Below, one piece after another: positions 13,801 through 28,800 of a DNA stretch of 64,000 nucleotides. Made by a program: the position numbers and the translations under genes. The notes below the pieces were generated by a model. It searched no databases. It was given only the letters and a program-made list of their open reading frames with translations, and was not told where the DNA came from. Each line of letters begins with the position of its first letter. Position 1 is the stretch's first letter. Origin of the DNA: Mytilus trossulus (Eukaryota); NCBI RefSeq assembly GCF_036588685.1, contig NC_086377.1, forward strand, positions 25,482,001-25,546,000, written 5' to 3'.

Positions 13801-16800
13801 CTTTAGGAGTTATTGCCCTTCATAGTCAATTTTAACCATTTTTCGTAAATCTCCATGATCTTTTCCAAAAATCTTCTCCTCTGAAACTACTGAACCAATT
13901 CAAACAAAACTTCATCTGATTGATTCCTAGGGTATCTAGAATAAATTTGTGTTTTAATTTCCATTTCATCAAAAAACATGGCCGCCCATGGCTAAAAATA
14001 GAACATAGGGGTAAAATGCAGTTTTTGGCTTATAACTCAAAAACCAAAGCATTTAGAGCAAATCTAACATGGGATCAAATTGTTTATCAGGTCAAGATCT
14101 ATCTGCCCTGAAATTTTCAGATGAATCAGACAACCCATTGTTGGGTTGCTATCCCTAAATTGGTAATTTTAAGGAAATTTTACTGTTTTTGGTTATTATC
14201 TTCAATATTATTATGGATAGAGATAAACTGTAAACAGCAAAAATGTTCAGCAAAGTAAGATTTACAAATAAGTCAACAGGACCAAAATTGTCAATTGACC
14301 CCTTTAGGAGTTATTGCCCTTTATAGTAAATTTTTAACCATTTTTCGTAAATCTTAGTTAACTTTTACAAAAATCTTCTCATCTGAAACTACTGGGCCAA
14401 ATTTTACCAAGCATAGCCAGAATCATTATTATTCTATCTAGTTTAAAAATGTGTTTTGGGACCGGACAAACCAACCAAGATGGCCGCTACGGCTAAAAAT
14501 AGAACATAGGGGTAAAACGCAGTTTTTGGCTTATAACTCAAAAAACAAAGAATTTAGAGCAAATCTGACAGGGTATACTTGTTTATCTTGTCAAGATCTA
14601 TCTGCCCTGAAATTTTAAGATGAATCGGACATTCTGGTGTTGGGTTGCTGCCCCTAAATTGGTAATTTTAAGGAAATTTTGCTGTTTTTGGTTATTATCT
14701 TGAATATTATTATAGATAGAGATAAACTGTAAACAGCAATAATGTACAGCAATTTAAGACTAAAAAAATAAGTCAAAATGACCAAAATGGTCAATTGACC
14801 CCCTAAGAAGTTATTGTCATTTATAATCAATTTTTAACAATTTTCATAAAATTTGTAAATTTTTACTAACATTTTCCACTGAAACTACACGGACAAGTTC
14901 ATTATAGATAGAGATAATTGTAAGCAGCAAGAATGTTCAGTAAAGTAAGATGTACAAACACATCACAATCACCTTAACACAATTTTGTCATGAACTGTCT
15001 GCTTCCTTTGTTTAATTCACATATACCAAGGTGAGCGACACAGGCTCTTTAGAGCCTCTAGTTTTAAAAGTGGCTGGGACAAGAAAATACGTTTTTATTG
15101 AAAAACGCCCATATATATATATAAATAACATCACTAGTGTTGTGTTCCTAATCATTTCAACAAACACGATAGTATAATAAGAATCTTTCCAAAAATCAAA
15201 TATTTTGATTGGTTACACACTATATGTTTATTTTATTCTTATTTATGGGGAATGGTTTATACAAGCATTAAAACATCCGATAAGAGATTTCTGTTAGTTT
15301 CACCAAATATTTCTATTTTTTTCCCTTTTATAGCAATGGTTTGTTCAAGCAATAGACACATTAGATCAGGGATTTAAGTTGCGTTTCATCCAATATATGC
15401 TATTCTATTAGAATTCAATGTTTCGCTCAAGCTTTATACACGTCAGATGAAATATTTGTTCGGTTTTATCATTTTTTTAATTTATTTTTTTTATTTTAGA
15501 GCAATGCTTTGTACAGAAGTTAGGAACATCCGATCAGAGGTTTTTGTTTGGTTACACACCAAAAGGTGCCGTAGGATCTATTTTCTCTGCTGGGAAGATG
15601 TTGCACATGAATGGTCCCGGGATAAACCAGGTTTATACTGGTGTACAAAGTTACCGAGGTATTATGGTGGACACGTGGCAGTCTTGTCAATATTGGGCTG
15701 CGTATGATGCAACAATGAAAGTCTCGTGGTATTTCTCAAGTAAGCTTTGGTAAATTGTATCATTTATTAGGAATAAAAAATTAGAGTAAATAAATGATAG
15801 AGTTTCTCTCTCTGTATATATATCAAAAGTTAAAAGAGATATGATAACTTAATTGGTCGTTTATAGTTTCGTGGTATTTCACAAGTAAGTTTTTGGTATT
15901 TTGTATCATCTATTGGGATTTTTTAAAGTAACTATAGGATCGAGTTTCTATAGAAATTAAAAGTTAAAAGAAATATATTGGCTCTTAATTTGTCAATGGT
16001 AGTCTTGTAGTATTTCACGAGCAATTATGTTCGTATTTTGTATTTCTTTTGCAATGACCAGCTGACTTTTGTAGATTTACTATAATTGTACGAAAAATGA
16101 GAAAATATGTTTAAATTCATTAAAAAGTACATATATATTTTACTTTTTTTCGTGATTTTGTTTTTGTTATTTGTATATTAATTTATTAGTTATAGACTTT
16201 TTCAATAAAATTTTGATTCAACGTAAAATGGGCTGGAAATTGTATCCCTTACCATTTTTTTTCTTAAATGCATATTGCAATCCTTGAAGTAAATGACCTG
16301 TCATTTACTATGATATAACAGATCCAAACGAATGGGACACCTCAGTCGGACAAGTCGTACCTGTAGGAGCATACGTCAAAGGTATTGTGTGGGATACCAA
16401 CACAGTGTCACACCCCATGGAACACTACTACAACTTCTTCCACTTCAGACCAACTGTTGACGATCCTACAGTCTTCGAGGTAACTTAGACACCTTCATTC
16501 ATTCATTCATTTCGTTACCCACCTTGATACCCGACCCTACAGTCTTTGAGGTAACTTAGACGCATTCATTCATTCATTCATTTCGTTATTCACCTAAATG
16601 CCCGACCCTACAATCTTCGAGGTAACTAAGACACATTCGTTTATTAATTTCGTTATTTCCTACATCTTCTAAATACATAACTTATAGTGCTAACTTTCGC
16701 CTTACTTCGAGCGAAGAAAGTGTCAGCACAAAGACTTGAAGAATGTATTTACTTGTAAGACACGTAGCCCTTGACAGATCGAAGATTAGTGGATTCGTTA

Positions 16801-19800
16801 TTTTTCGTTAGATACTATTTTTTTTTGTAGATTTCGTGAGTACAGATAAACCATGAATTTAAATGTTCAACGAATTACAAATTTTCCATAGACAAGTATG
16901 CAGACTTTAGGAAAACCACGAAATTAAATATTCACGAAAGCGTTAAATTTCTGCAATCCACGAAAATTGGTACCGAAAATAATTGAACCCAGAGTAGTAT
17001 GTCTAATCAGGGTACAATTTCGTCTGTTTGTTTTTGGTCACATTTTCTATCAAAAAAAATGATCCCCACAAGAGTGCAATTTATAGTGAGAATAAACAAA
17101 TGTTATTCCATGTTTACTAAATATTCAAGTACACTCATTGTCAGTACATGTGTTACCTGAACATATATCATATGTTTATTTAAGAAATAATTGATGCAAG
17201 TTATACTTTATTGAAGTTTTTACATGGATAGGCATTATATTCGTGATTGTTTTTACCCGAGCGATAGAGACGATGAAGAAGCACGTGATGTTAGAATCAT
17301 ATATATATTCTTTAGTTGTCATGTTTCAGATATATTCTTCATACAACAATACCTGCAGGGTACGATATACAGGGACAACAAAACGTATACAAGTTTTGTT
17401 TTTAGTGTTGCAGAATATTCCAAAACAATACCATGTGTCTCTCTAACACATAAAGTATTATCTAAAAGTTCGATTTTGAATAATAACTCTTTACAACTAT
17501 TTTTGTTTAATTCCGTAGACCCCTGCAGGAGTTCAATGTCCAGGAAGACAGAACACAAAGTCTTTACCAACAATGCCGAAAGGTTTCAGCTTCACCTCAG
17601 AATTCATAGACAAGACCAGATATACTATCTCATTCATGCAGGTATTTATCTCTTAATTAATATTGTTTATTCTTTAGTTTTCTATGTTGTGTCATGTGTA
17701 CTATTGTTTGTCTGTTTGTCGTTTTCATTTTTAGCCATGACGTTGTCAGTTTGGTTTAGATTTATGAGTTTGACTGTCCCTTTGGTATCTTTCGTCCCTC
17801 TTTTATATTTGTCAATTATATATACTTAGTATACTAAACAAAAAGGTACACAGTAACACTGGACATTACAACAGACGGCATCAACAAACAACCCCCGATT
17901 TTTGCGAGATGTATTTTAAACAAATGAACAAATGGTCAGGACAATCAAATACCTGCAGCTAAACAAAAAATGTACATTACAGAACTAACATTATTGTCAT
18001 AATTGAACTTTTTCTCACAACGATATACTTTATATCAGAGTTCGCCATTGTTTGTGTTGTTGCCATATCACTTTCACAGTGCAATGACTATTGATACCTA
18101 CATTTATCAAGTAAAACTTTAATTAAGGCGACGTGTATACATGAACGGGATGGCAATTATATAACCAATATAAAATCTCCTAGGATTTTTATTTCTTTGA
18201 CACCTTTCCCGTTTTTACCTCAATTTTTATGAAAAGATTTTTACCGGATATGATCAAAAGATAAAACGACCAAACAAACAACAGTTACACAAACAATTAA
18301 GCAACAGAACCCCACTAAAACGGTCCAGGTTCTCTGTAAGGGCTAGCAATGTTATAGCTACTAGACTAGTAGATGCACAGTTGTGTAGTTACACTCGTTG
18401 ATTGACATAGAATACACCATGTCAAACACGTTTTTGTAGATACACAGTTGTGTGGTTACACTCGTTGATTGACATAGAATACATCATGTCAAACACGTTT
18501 TTGTAGATACACAGTTGTGTAGTTACACTCGTTGATTGATATAGAATACACCATGTCAAACACGTTTTTGTAGATACACAGTTGTGTAGTTACACTCGTT
18601 GATTGATATAGAATACACCATGTCAAACACGTTTTTGTAGATACACAGTTGTGTAGTTACACTCGTTGATTGATATAGAATACACCATGTCAAACACGTT
18701 TTTGTAGATACACAGTTGTGTAGTTACACTCGTTGATTGATATAGAATACACCATGTCAAACACGTTTTTGTAGATACACAGTTGTGTAGTTACACTCGT
18801 TGATTGATATAGAATACACCATGTCACACACGTTTTTGTTTGGGTTACTTAATCTTTAGCGTTCAGACATATTGTGTTCTGAATTTGTTTGTTTTTCGTT
18901 GTTTGTTTTTCATTTTTAAATTTTGAATTTGCCGTTGGTATTTTCCATCTCTTCTTTTTTAGGTTGGCCGTGTAACATCCTGTATCATTTTTTTTGTGTT
19001 CCTGTTATATTGACATACATGTATGCTCTACATTTCTATTTAATTCTGAATAAATTAATACCGCATTATTTTTTTTATTTTTAGGAATTCTATGACTACA
19101 GTGGCCTGGCAGTATTGTACAACTACAAACCACTCAAAATAGAAAATAACAAATTTGGAACAAACACACTTATGGAGGTTCACGATTTTAGTACAGGTTT
19201 GAAACTTTTCACTTTTCCCAAAGTAATATTCAACTTTTAATTTGGAATGAAAACTGTTTGTGTTATATATACAAAAGTTTGATTTAAACAAATCTCAGCA
19301 GTGTGTTTGAATTCCATTCCAGCCGTGTCAAACCAAAGACTTGAAAATGAGCATTTGCTCTTTCTCCACCTATCTTTTAGCATTTATGAGTAAGAACAAA
19401 ATAACTACAACCCCCTTCCCTTTCATGAATGTGACCTACCGAATTAGACTATTTACCGGATTTGTTATCACATAAGCAACACGACGGGTGCCACATGTGG
19501 AGCAGGATCTGAGTACCCTTCCGGAGCACCTGAGATCACCCCTAGTTTTTGGTGGGGTTTGTGTTGTTTATTCTTCAGTTTTCTATGTTGTGTCAAGTGT
19601 ACTATTGTTTTTCTGTTTTTCTTTTTCATTTTTAGCCATGGCGTTGTCAGTTTGTTTTCGATTTATGAGTTTAAATGTCCCTTTGGTATCTTTCGTCCCT
19701 CTTTCACATATGCTCAGATACAGGTACTTGAGGAATGGAACCCCCTTTTTTGTATATAAAAACGTGTAGAGTGTTGAAATTCATAGGCTACAATATTTAT

Positions 19801-22800
19801 TTATTTTGTGATAAATTTTTTCTTTAAAACTCTTGCCAATTATTTGCTATTCTGTAAACCCGATCGACACTATATTACATAACACTGTATCAAAGTATTT
19901 TCTCTCTCTCCCAACAATACACATTTATAAGGTAAGTTGCAATTCACTTTATTGCTTTGGTGCATCCGAATCGCTTTTCTGAATTGCAAATTATCAGGAA
20001 CGTTCAAACTCAAAATAGTAAAGCCGAGGACGTATGTATTAAAAAGTGCCAAATAAAATAAAACAAAACAGAAAAATTAAAATAGAAAAAACAAAAAAAA
20101 ACAATGATGATGAAACGCATTAGCAAAACACCCTTATAAACGGACATATCTCAAGAACTGTAAAAGTGATGCTAACCACATTTGTACTTTGATCTGAGTT
20201 TTGTGGTGATACGCATTGCTTAGAAGTTTGTAGAGGTTGTTCTTAGTTATTAAGACCACAATCAGTTGTTTATCCATAAACTTATTATAATTGTTATCAT
20301 ATCATATACATTTGAAGGCTTCTCATTACAGGAGTTGCATATGTTACCGATACCATGCATGGCAACTGTACAGCCCAGAAAATAGAGACAACGTTCGATG
20401 ACAGAAGGGTTGACTTAAGTCACGTGTCAATGAGAAATCCCGCCCAATTCTTTTATTTTGACGTCATAAATTATACATACGAAGGAGTGGTGAGTTAATT
20501 ACATACTTCGTTTTAAACATATGAGGCTATTATTTAAAGTACTTTTTAGAGGCAATTAAGAAGCACATACACGTGATAAAATTCCCTGTTTTGCAGTACA
20601 TGTATTAAATTTTGTATAAAGACACTCTCATTTGTAAGCTTATCGCAACAGTGCTGCACGGTTCAGCTTATAACAGATAAAAAACCACATATGTGCTTTA
20701 AAAAATTTATTGAAACCAACATGTTTAATAATTTCAATGCGTCCAAAGCGCTTTTCTGGATTAACCTTCACCAGGAACGCTCAAAGCCAAAGATTCGAAA
20801 TCCGAAGATGTATAAGTACCGTGTATCAATGTATTCTTAAGGTGGCACGGTAGTATTTGCATTCCATAATTTAGGTTCCTCTTTTGTGTACCCTACTTAG
20901 GTCAATGTATCTGAACAGTGTGATTGGACTTAAAATACAGTATCAACTGAACATACTTTCCCAAACTGAGGGATGAATCAGGTGTAGAAAAATATGAAAT
21001 AATTTTACATACAGATGAAAATGAATTTTTGGGATTTTTTAAAAAAATTTGTATTCACTGCGCGATAAAAGACCGAAATGCACTAGTGGCCTTAGGTTTT
21101 TTAAAATAGCAAAAAAAGTAAACGGTCATGATACACATTCAAATTAATTTCTGAATAGTAAAATGAAAGTATTTCAGTTCACTGTGAATGTAGAATTTTT
21201 CACAGTGTTAGAAATGGATGAAATTCTAAAAAGGCTATCATTATCCCCTATGGGCCAGGAAATACTACCGTGCCACCTTAAATATAATAATTCCTTTCTT
21301 TATAATAGAAAAAGATCCGGAACATTGACTGTGACAGCTGGGTAGGAATCCGGACGAACTGGCCTGCTTCAGGTGTTAACACAACATGGATGTGGTATTT
21401 TGCAACAGTAAGTATCTTGATAAATAATAATACCTGTAAAGTTTGTTCAATGGCATGATGTGTCCCGTACGAAACATACCATAAGAGATGAATAACATGA
21501 TATAATTATCCGACGACAAACAAAACCCAACAAATATCATCTACAGTAACAATTCATAAGCTGTCTCCACAATCAGACAAGTGCTTCATTAATTTTGTGC
21601 CCTAAATTCGTATTATGACAATAAATACAATTTTAGCGATGATCGAAGCTGAAATATTTTTAAAGACCAAAAACTAATCAAATATTGTAACCTAATGATA
21701 CCATAAAGGACGTAAAATGGAACCAAATCCGGACAAGGAATAATTAACTCTCTTAATCCTCCCGAGTCTTGAAAAGTAATGAATTATCGTGACAGACAAC
21801 ATGAAAGATCTATTGATTCGGAATAGGCACATATTGAGAGGGGAAGTACTGTGTGCTACACATAACAACGCATGTCTGATTTAATCCAAATTTGGGTTAA
21901 TGACAACTACCCTGTAGGATATTGCGCCAGGTCTTATGTCAATAACTTATTTCAAATACAAAAACTACAAAAAGTCAGACACCATACCTAAGTCGAACAC
22001 CATACCTAAGTCGAACATTTTCCTGTTGTATTTGTGTTGGCTACTTTTAAATTATGTATTTTCCAATATTTTCCATATGTATTCAGGTTTTTATTGATTA
22101 ATTCATTAATAATGATTAATATTTTTTGGGGGATACTGTGTTGATTACCTCAAATACCCTGTAGTAATTAGTGTCCAAATTATAAGTAAAGTATATTTTA
22201 CGTTTTTTAGGCTGATTGGGTGCAAGTAAACACAGGAACAGAACAAAGTAGTACACCTATACGACTTACTATTGATAACGGTGACGTAAGAAATAGATGT
22301 GAAAAATTAAATTTAGATAAATTAGAGCAACAGTAAAAATTAGAATAACAAAAATACCGAACTTCAATGAAAATTCTTAACGGAAAGCCCATAAGCAAAT
22401 GGCAAAATCAAAACCTTAAATACACCTAACGAATGGATAACAACTTTCATATACTTGACTTGGTACAGAAACTTTTTATGTAGAAAATGGTGAACTAAAC
22501 CTAGTTTAAACTGGTTTAACCTCTTACTTCTATGACAGTGTGTGTGAACAAAACAAACAAACATAATATTATAGGTCATAAAAAGAAACGTTACATGTTT
22601 GTAAGATCATTTATATTTTCTATAACAAAACAATGATTACAGTAAGTTTATAGAACAGTAAGTCAGCATCGTTTTGAAGAGAACACTAATACATTTTCTC
22701 TTTTGAAACAATATTGCACATTTTAGGACAATTTTATCAGAACGAGTACAACATTCAAATTTACGTGCCAATACCGTGTATGACCGCATTTATGGCCGCC

Positions 22801-25800
22801 TGACACTTCCGGTTCATTGAATCAATAAGAGGTCAAATATGGTTTTAAGAGATGTGAAAAGTGCTGTTCGTGGCTCGGCGAGCGTTACCAGTGGACTTTT
22901 GCTATTTCTGATACGTCGTATAAGTTCGTCCCTAAGATGTTTGTTTGACGATAAATTTGGAGACATTGCTGGTCATGGCAACACGAGAATATGATTATAC
23001 TCCAAAAAGTTCATTAAAATGTGTGCAATGTGGCAACTGGCGTTGTCCTGCTGAAATAGTTGAAACAATGTACCCTCAGAAACAGAAGAGCAACTGGAGC
23101 CAGAATTTTCGTCCTTATGCATTTTTTGCATTTATGTTACCGTCAATGATTTGGAGCTCGGTGCCATCTTTGTAGGTTATTGCGCCCAATACCATAATCC
23201 TGCCACAACCAAACCGATCTGTTTCCTGTAAATACGCTTCAGAACACCTCCGGTACACCCTGGCTCAGCTGTCGCTAAATTTCAAGTTGAACCTCGATTC
23301 TTCGGTAAAAGAACCTGTCTCACTGTTAGCATTTTCCAATGAATCCGTATCCGAATTTTATAAATCGATTCTTGAGATGTATGATGCGGATGTACTCATC
23401 TTGACGCAACATCGTTTCATTTATCTCATAGACGAGTCTTACGCCTTATAGTAGTCATTCTTGATACATTAAAATAATTTGCAGACTGCTTTTGAGTCAT
23501 TCCTGCTGTCAACATCCAGATAGCTCGATCTCTCCTATTTTTGCGTAGACGGGGCATTGCCTTACTTGTAACCCTTTCAATTTGTTAATGCGACCTTTTC
23601 TTAACAATAGTGTAAAACAAAATTAATGACACAAATGACAACTTGTTCCATCTCTAAAACAGGTAATGTTTTGAAGTCAGGAAATTTCCGATTTTACATT
23701 AGAGTATTTAGGTATTTTCTTCTCCTTTTAAAATTAAATCAGAAAATGAAAAAAAAAATGGAAAGAGCAAAAATGGAATGTTGTCCAACTGCGAATATGG
23801 CAATACATATAGTTCTAAATAATGATGTTTAAAATAATCAAATTATAAAACATTGCATTTTATTTTAATTCACTTTTATTTTCAGTTTATCACTTTTCAT
23901 GTAAAACTAAGAGGCGTTTCCTTCAAGATAAAAATAATGCTGAAATTTACAAAATCTAACATATAAAATTATCACAAATAGAAACTTCATTTCCCCATTA
24001 ACATCAAATACAAATTATATAAGTTACAGAGTGTTTCGTTTATCAAAGGTTCAACATGTACAGTTATAGTCAAGTAATCAACACAAATTGATGTTAAACC
24101 TGGTATCATTTATCTTATGTAAATATTTAGACAGATAACCATATACATACATGTATCATTGTAATGATAAGGTCTATTCAATGTTGAACATTAGTCCTAT
24201 CCTTAAGTGAGATATATTCATATACTACTGATTTCATTACAATCACTGCTAACACCACGCCATTCTGGGATATAAAAGATAAGAACAAATTGAGATCAGC
24301 GAATAAAAAAGGTACAAACAACTCGCTAAAATTGAAAATATGGAATTAAAATTATTTACTATACTAATAATGTAATAATTGCTATGACTTATTAGATGAT
24401 GGCTCTGAAAGTTAACATTTTTAATATTCTTTTTTATGCCCCATTTATTGGCATTATGTTTTATCATTACGTTTCTTTTTATGACCTATTATATTATGTT
24501 TGGTTTTTTTCGTTCACACACACTGTCATAGAAGTAAGAGGTTTGTGCTTCCGTTCGTTCGTCCGTGCGTCCGCCTGTCCTTAAAATATAAGTTGATATA
24601 AACACGTAACACCCTAATAGTATACATTTTGAACAAAATGTTGTATGTAAAATAAATATATGTTCTTTTTTAGGCTGGTATACATTATGAATATAATTTG
24701 TATAATTTTGCAAAGAACAAACCCGATATATTGGGATTTGATATTAGTGCTTGTTATATAAACGGTAATAGACGAAAATTCCAGCTGAATTTCCCAGGTA
24801 ATTTAACACTGAATGATTAGATTTTCCGATATTCAAACTGACAATTGTACACATATCTATGCGCATGTTACCCATAGTTATTTTTAGATTTTGAAATGGT
24901 GCATGGTGCATACTAATTTAATAGTCTTTAATGCCTTTACATTTGAAAACAAATAATCTAAAAGCATACATATAGCTGACTATATGCGGTATGGGCTTTG
25001 CTCATTGTTGAAGGCCGTACGGTGACCTATAATTGTTAATGTTTGTGTCATTTTGGTCTTTTGTGGATAGTTGTCTCATTGGCAATCATACCACATCTTC
25101 TTTTTTATATACAAAATAAAGTGAAAATAAAGCTTGGTAAATTGGTTGTTAAGTTCGTTACTGTAACTAGTTAACCCTCAAAGCTCATGATCAAAAACGT
25201 CAGGTCAAGGCTAGTGATGTAAAACGTCATGCACAGCTGAATGGAAAAAGGCTCAAAAAAGAATAACGGCAATTAACTTGTGTCAACTGTGCAATAACAT
25301 TTAAGAACCTTAGCTTTTATTTTTTCTTCAAAAATCGACAGAGAATTTAGTTACAAAAGTATGCTATAGATCAGTCAGTAACAAAACATCGACTAGTGAG
25401 CTGATGGAACAGACCTAAATCTAGAAAAATAAAAATAAAACATTATAAAATTGTAGCGTCCGAAGAGTCATTCAAAATTTAACATAAACAGGATCGCAGA
25501 AAATCAACTAATTAAAAGGTGATGAACAACTTAAAAACTTGAATACTTGATGAAAATATTAATACGCCAACATAACCCCAAGATACTAATTATGAGTGAC
25601 AAAATACAAGGCATGAAAATCTCTTCCGGAATAAATTTATATAGCTGTATTAGGTAAAACCTACCGACATTTTGGGTGTTCAATGTTCTACAACTTCGTA
25701 CTTTTTTTTGCCTTTTTAATTTTTGTTATTCGGAATTTCCAGCAGCGTCAACCATGAGACATTTGTAGAGAAAACAAATGTATGGCGTACAAAAGTGTAT

Positions 25801-28800
25801 TCCTGATAAGTTTATATCTGGTAACGATAAGTGAGGTTATATATTTGAATTTATTTTTCTGACAGGTAGCTATGCAGGTGCTGTCACTCAAAATATGAAA
25901 CTTTTCAAGTATTATATACTTATTTCGCTGACACAGCAGTTACAAATATCATCTTTACGAGTTGCAAACTTAAAGGTAATACATGACACCGCAGTTAGAT
26001 ATTTATGCTATACGAATAGCAAACTTAAAATTATTAAACTGGCACAACAGTTACAAATATCACCTTAATGAGTGGCAAACTGATACATTTATCTCACTGA
26101 CACAACAGTAAAACATATCATATTTACGAGGAGCAAACTTAAAGTTCATACATGAATATACGAAATACTATGTCACTGACACCACATTTACAAATATCAG
26201 CTTTCTGAGTAGCAAAATTAAAGGTTATATATAAATATTCCACTGACACACCATCACAAATATCAGCTTTCTAAGTACCAAAATTAAAGGTTATATATAA
26301 ATATTCCGCTGACACACCATTACAAATATCAGCTTTCTAAGTAGCAAATTAAAGGTCATCTATAATAATTCCACTGCCACCACAGTTACAAACATAAGCT
26401 TTACGAGTGGCAAACCTTAAGGTAATATATATTTATTTCACTGACACAACAATAACAAAAATCAGCTTTACGATTGACAAACTTAAAGGTTTATATATAC
26501 GTCCTCCGATAACACAGGAGATACAATTAACAGCTTTCTGAGAAGCAAACTTAACAGCAATATATAATTATTTTACTGACACAACAATTACAAACATCAG
26601 TTTTATTAGTAGTAAGATTTAAGGTAACACATTTTTATTTCACTGCCATAGCAGTAACAAGTATCATCTCTTCGAGTAGTAAACTTGATATATACTTAAA
26701 AACCTTTCCATGTTTTGACAAGAAGCACATTGAAATAGTTTATTTGATTTACACTTAAAATAGTCAATGAAAACTTCCATTACAAATCCCTTCTATTACA
26801 GGTGTTTATTGACCAAGACATTCTGGTTGTTTTCGAGATTTTGGACGTTGCTCCAATTATAGGCGATGTAACCAATATTGTCCAGGAAACACCTTTACTT
26901 ACAGCTGCCAATAAATTAGTCAAAATGGTTAACAACAATCAGTTTTTCGTGTTGTTGCAAGACGCAGCATTCAAAAATGTAAGCTTGTCAGTCAATTATA
27001 CGCTATTTCAGATATTAAAAATTATTTTCATAACCGGGAAGTGGTGTTGGTGGGTATCTTTGGCACATTTTTTTGGAAGAATTGTGGGTCCTCATTACTC
27101 TTCAACTGTGTACTCGTCTGGCTTTCTAACTATTTAGATCTGAGAGTCACTCATGAATATTATACAGACGAATCGCGCGTCTGGTGTATCAAATAACAAG
27201 CATGGTACATTTAATAACCTAAAATGTCTGACTGCAAGTTTAATGGGAAAACATATCAAGAGGAAGATAAGATAAAACACTCGTCAAAAGTACCAGACTT
27301 AAGATATGTTAGACCAGACGTGGCCCATTGGTGATGGTAAGGGATTGGTTGCCATATTCAAAGTGTTTCTGTTATAATATGAGCACATTTAAGGACAGAG
27401 CGCAATTGGAAACTTGTATTTCGTTGGGCTCTTTATTTCAGGTTAACTTGTTTTTATAATTCCACAAAGACTTTTCCGAAAGGAACGCATATTGCTTCGC
27501 TTGCTTCATTATAGATTCTTTAATACTATGAAAATTAGAAACCTGATGTTATGGCAGGTGGATCGATTGAGAAATAATTTTATCAACATTGCACATAAGA
27601 AATAAAAATTACAATGTCGACAAAAACTATTTTTTACAAATTAGTATACGTCTTAATACAATTTTGGTAAATCAAATGACACAATAGTCTTAATATTAAC
27701 TTACAGTTTCACTTGTTTTTATGCCCCATTGATGGGCATAATGTTTTCTGGTCTGTGCGTACATTCGTTCGTCCGTCTGCTCCGCTTCATGTTAAAGTTT
27801 TTGGTCGAGATTGTTTTTGATGAAGTTGAAGTCCCATCAACATTTAAACTTAGTACACATGTTTCCTATGATACGATCTTTCTAATGTTAATGCCAAAAT
27901 AAAAGATTTTACCCTATTATGGATTTTAAACATATTTCCACTGTCCATTGAGCATAGAAAATGATAGTGCGGACGGGGCATCCGTGTATAAGGTACACAT
28001 TTTTGTTATAATTAAAACAAATATTTGTTAAACAGACTTTTATTAGCAGAGCTATGAATTTAAACCCAATTCTTTTATTATCTTTTTTTAGTATTAATGT
28101 GTGTTACTAAAGAGGACAAGCGTTTTCAATGAACGCATTTTTTAAAAAGTAGCATTAAATATGTTTTATCATGTTTGTTTCAACTTGTCCTTAATATTGA
28201 ATCGCATACTTACTTTAAATTTTCTGCAGTTGGTTGGTATGGTACCAAAAAAGACAGGGTTTGTGGAAATAACATACTTACTACAAAATACAACAAGCTC
28301 CAGTGATACCGGAAATGGACCAGGTTAGTATGAAGAACAAACAATACTTATAGCTCAAAAGATACCCGAAATAAAAAGTGACAAAACAACTAAGTTCCAA
28401 TAATATACAAATAGGTAAGCCATTACCCGAAATAGTCGGTGATGACCTCGAGGGGATTGCCAAACAAACCAAGTTATAATAAGATAGTAGTAGCTCAAAC
28501 ATTATTGCAAGGGTATACGTATTCCTGAATCAAAGGAAATAATTCGACAGTCTTGTGAATACTTGTTTTTCCCCTAAAAATCAGAAATGAAATTAACATC
28601 ATGGTTGTCATTGGTTACATATCGATTGTTTAGGATGATTGTAACCATTTAAGGTGGTACCCAACACCTTTACTAAAATGAATTTGGCTCGTTTAATTTT
28701 CATAAAATTTTGACAAAGTATTTAGTTTTACACTTTGAAAAAATATAAAAAATTAAAAAAACTTGACCCAACCAATATATCAGAAAAATTACACTGGTTT

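Noticed and set aside
17224-17829. 201-aa ORF, the longest in the track
   Set aside because: It is a chance read-through of intron, real exon 5 in another frame, and a T-rich interspersed repeat.
18370-18838. Regular repeat array as a possible CRISPR
   Set aside because: The units are contiguous with no unique spacers, the context is a eukaryotic intron, and there are no cas genes.
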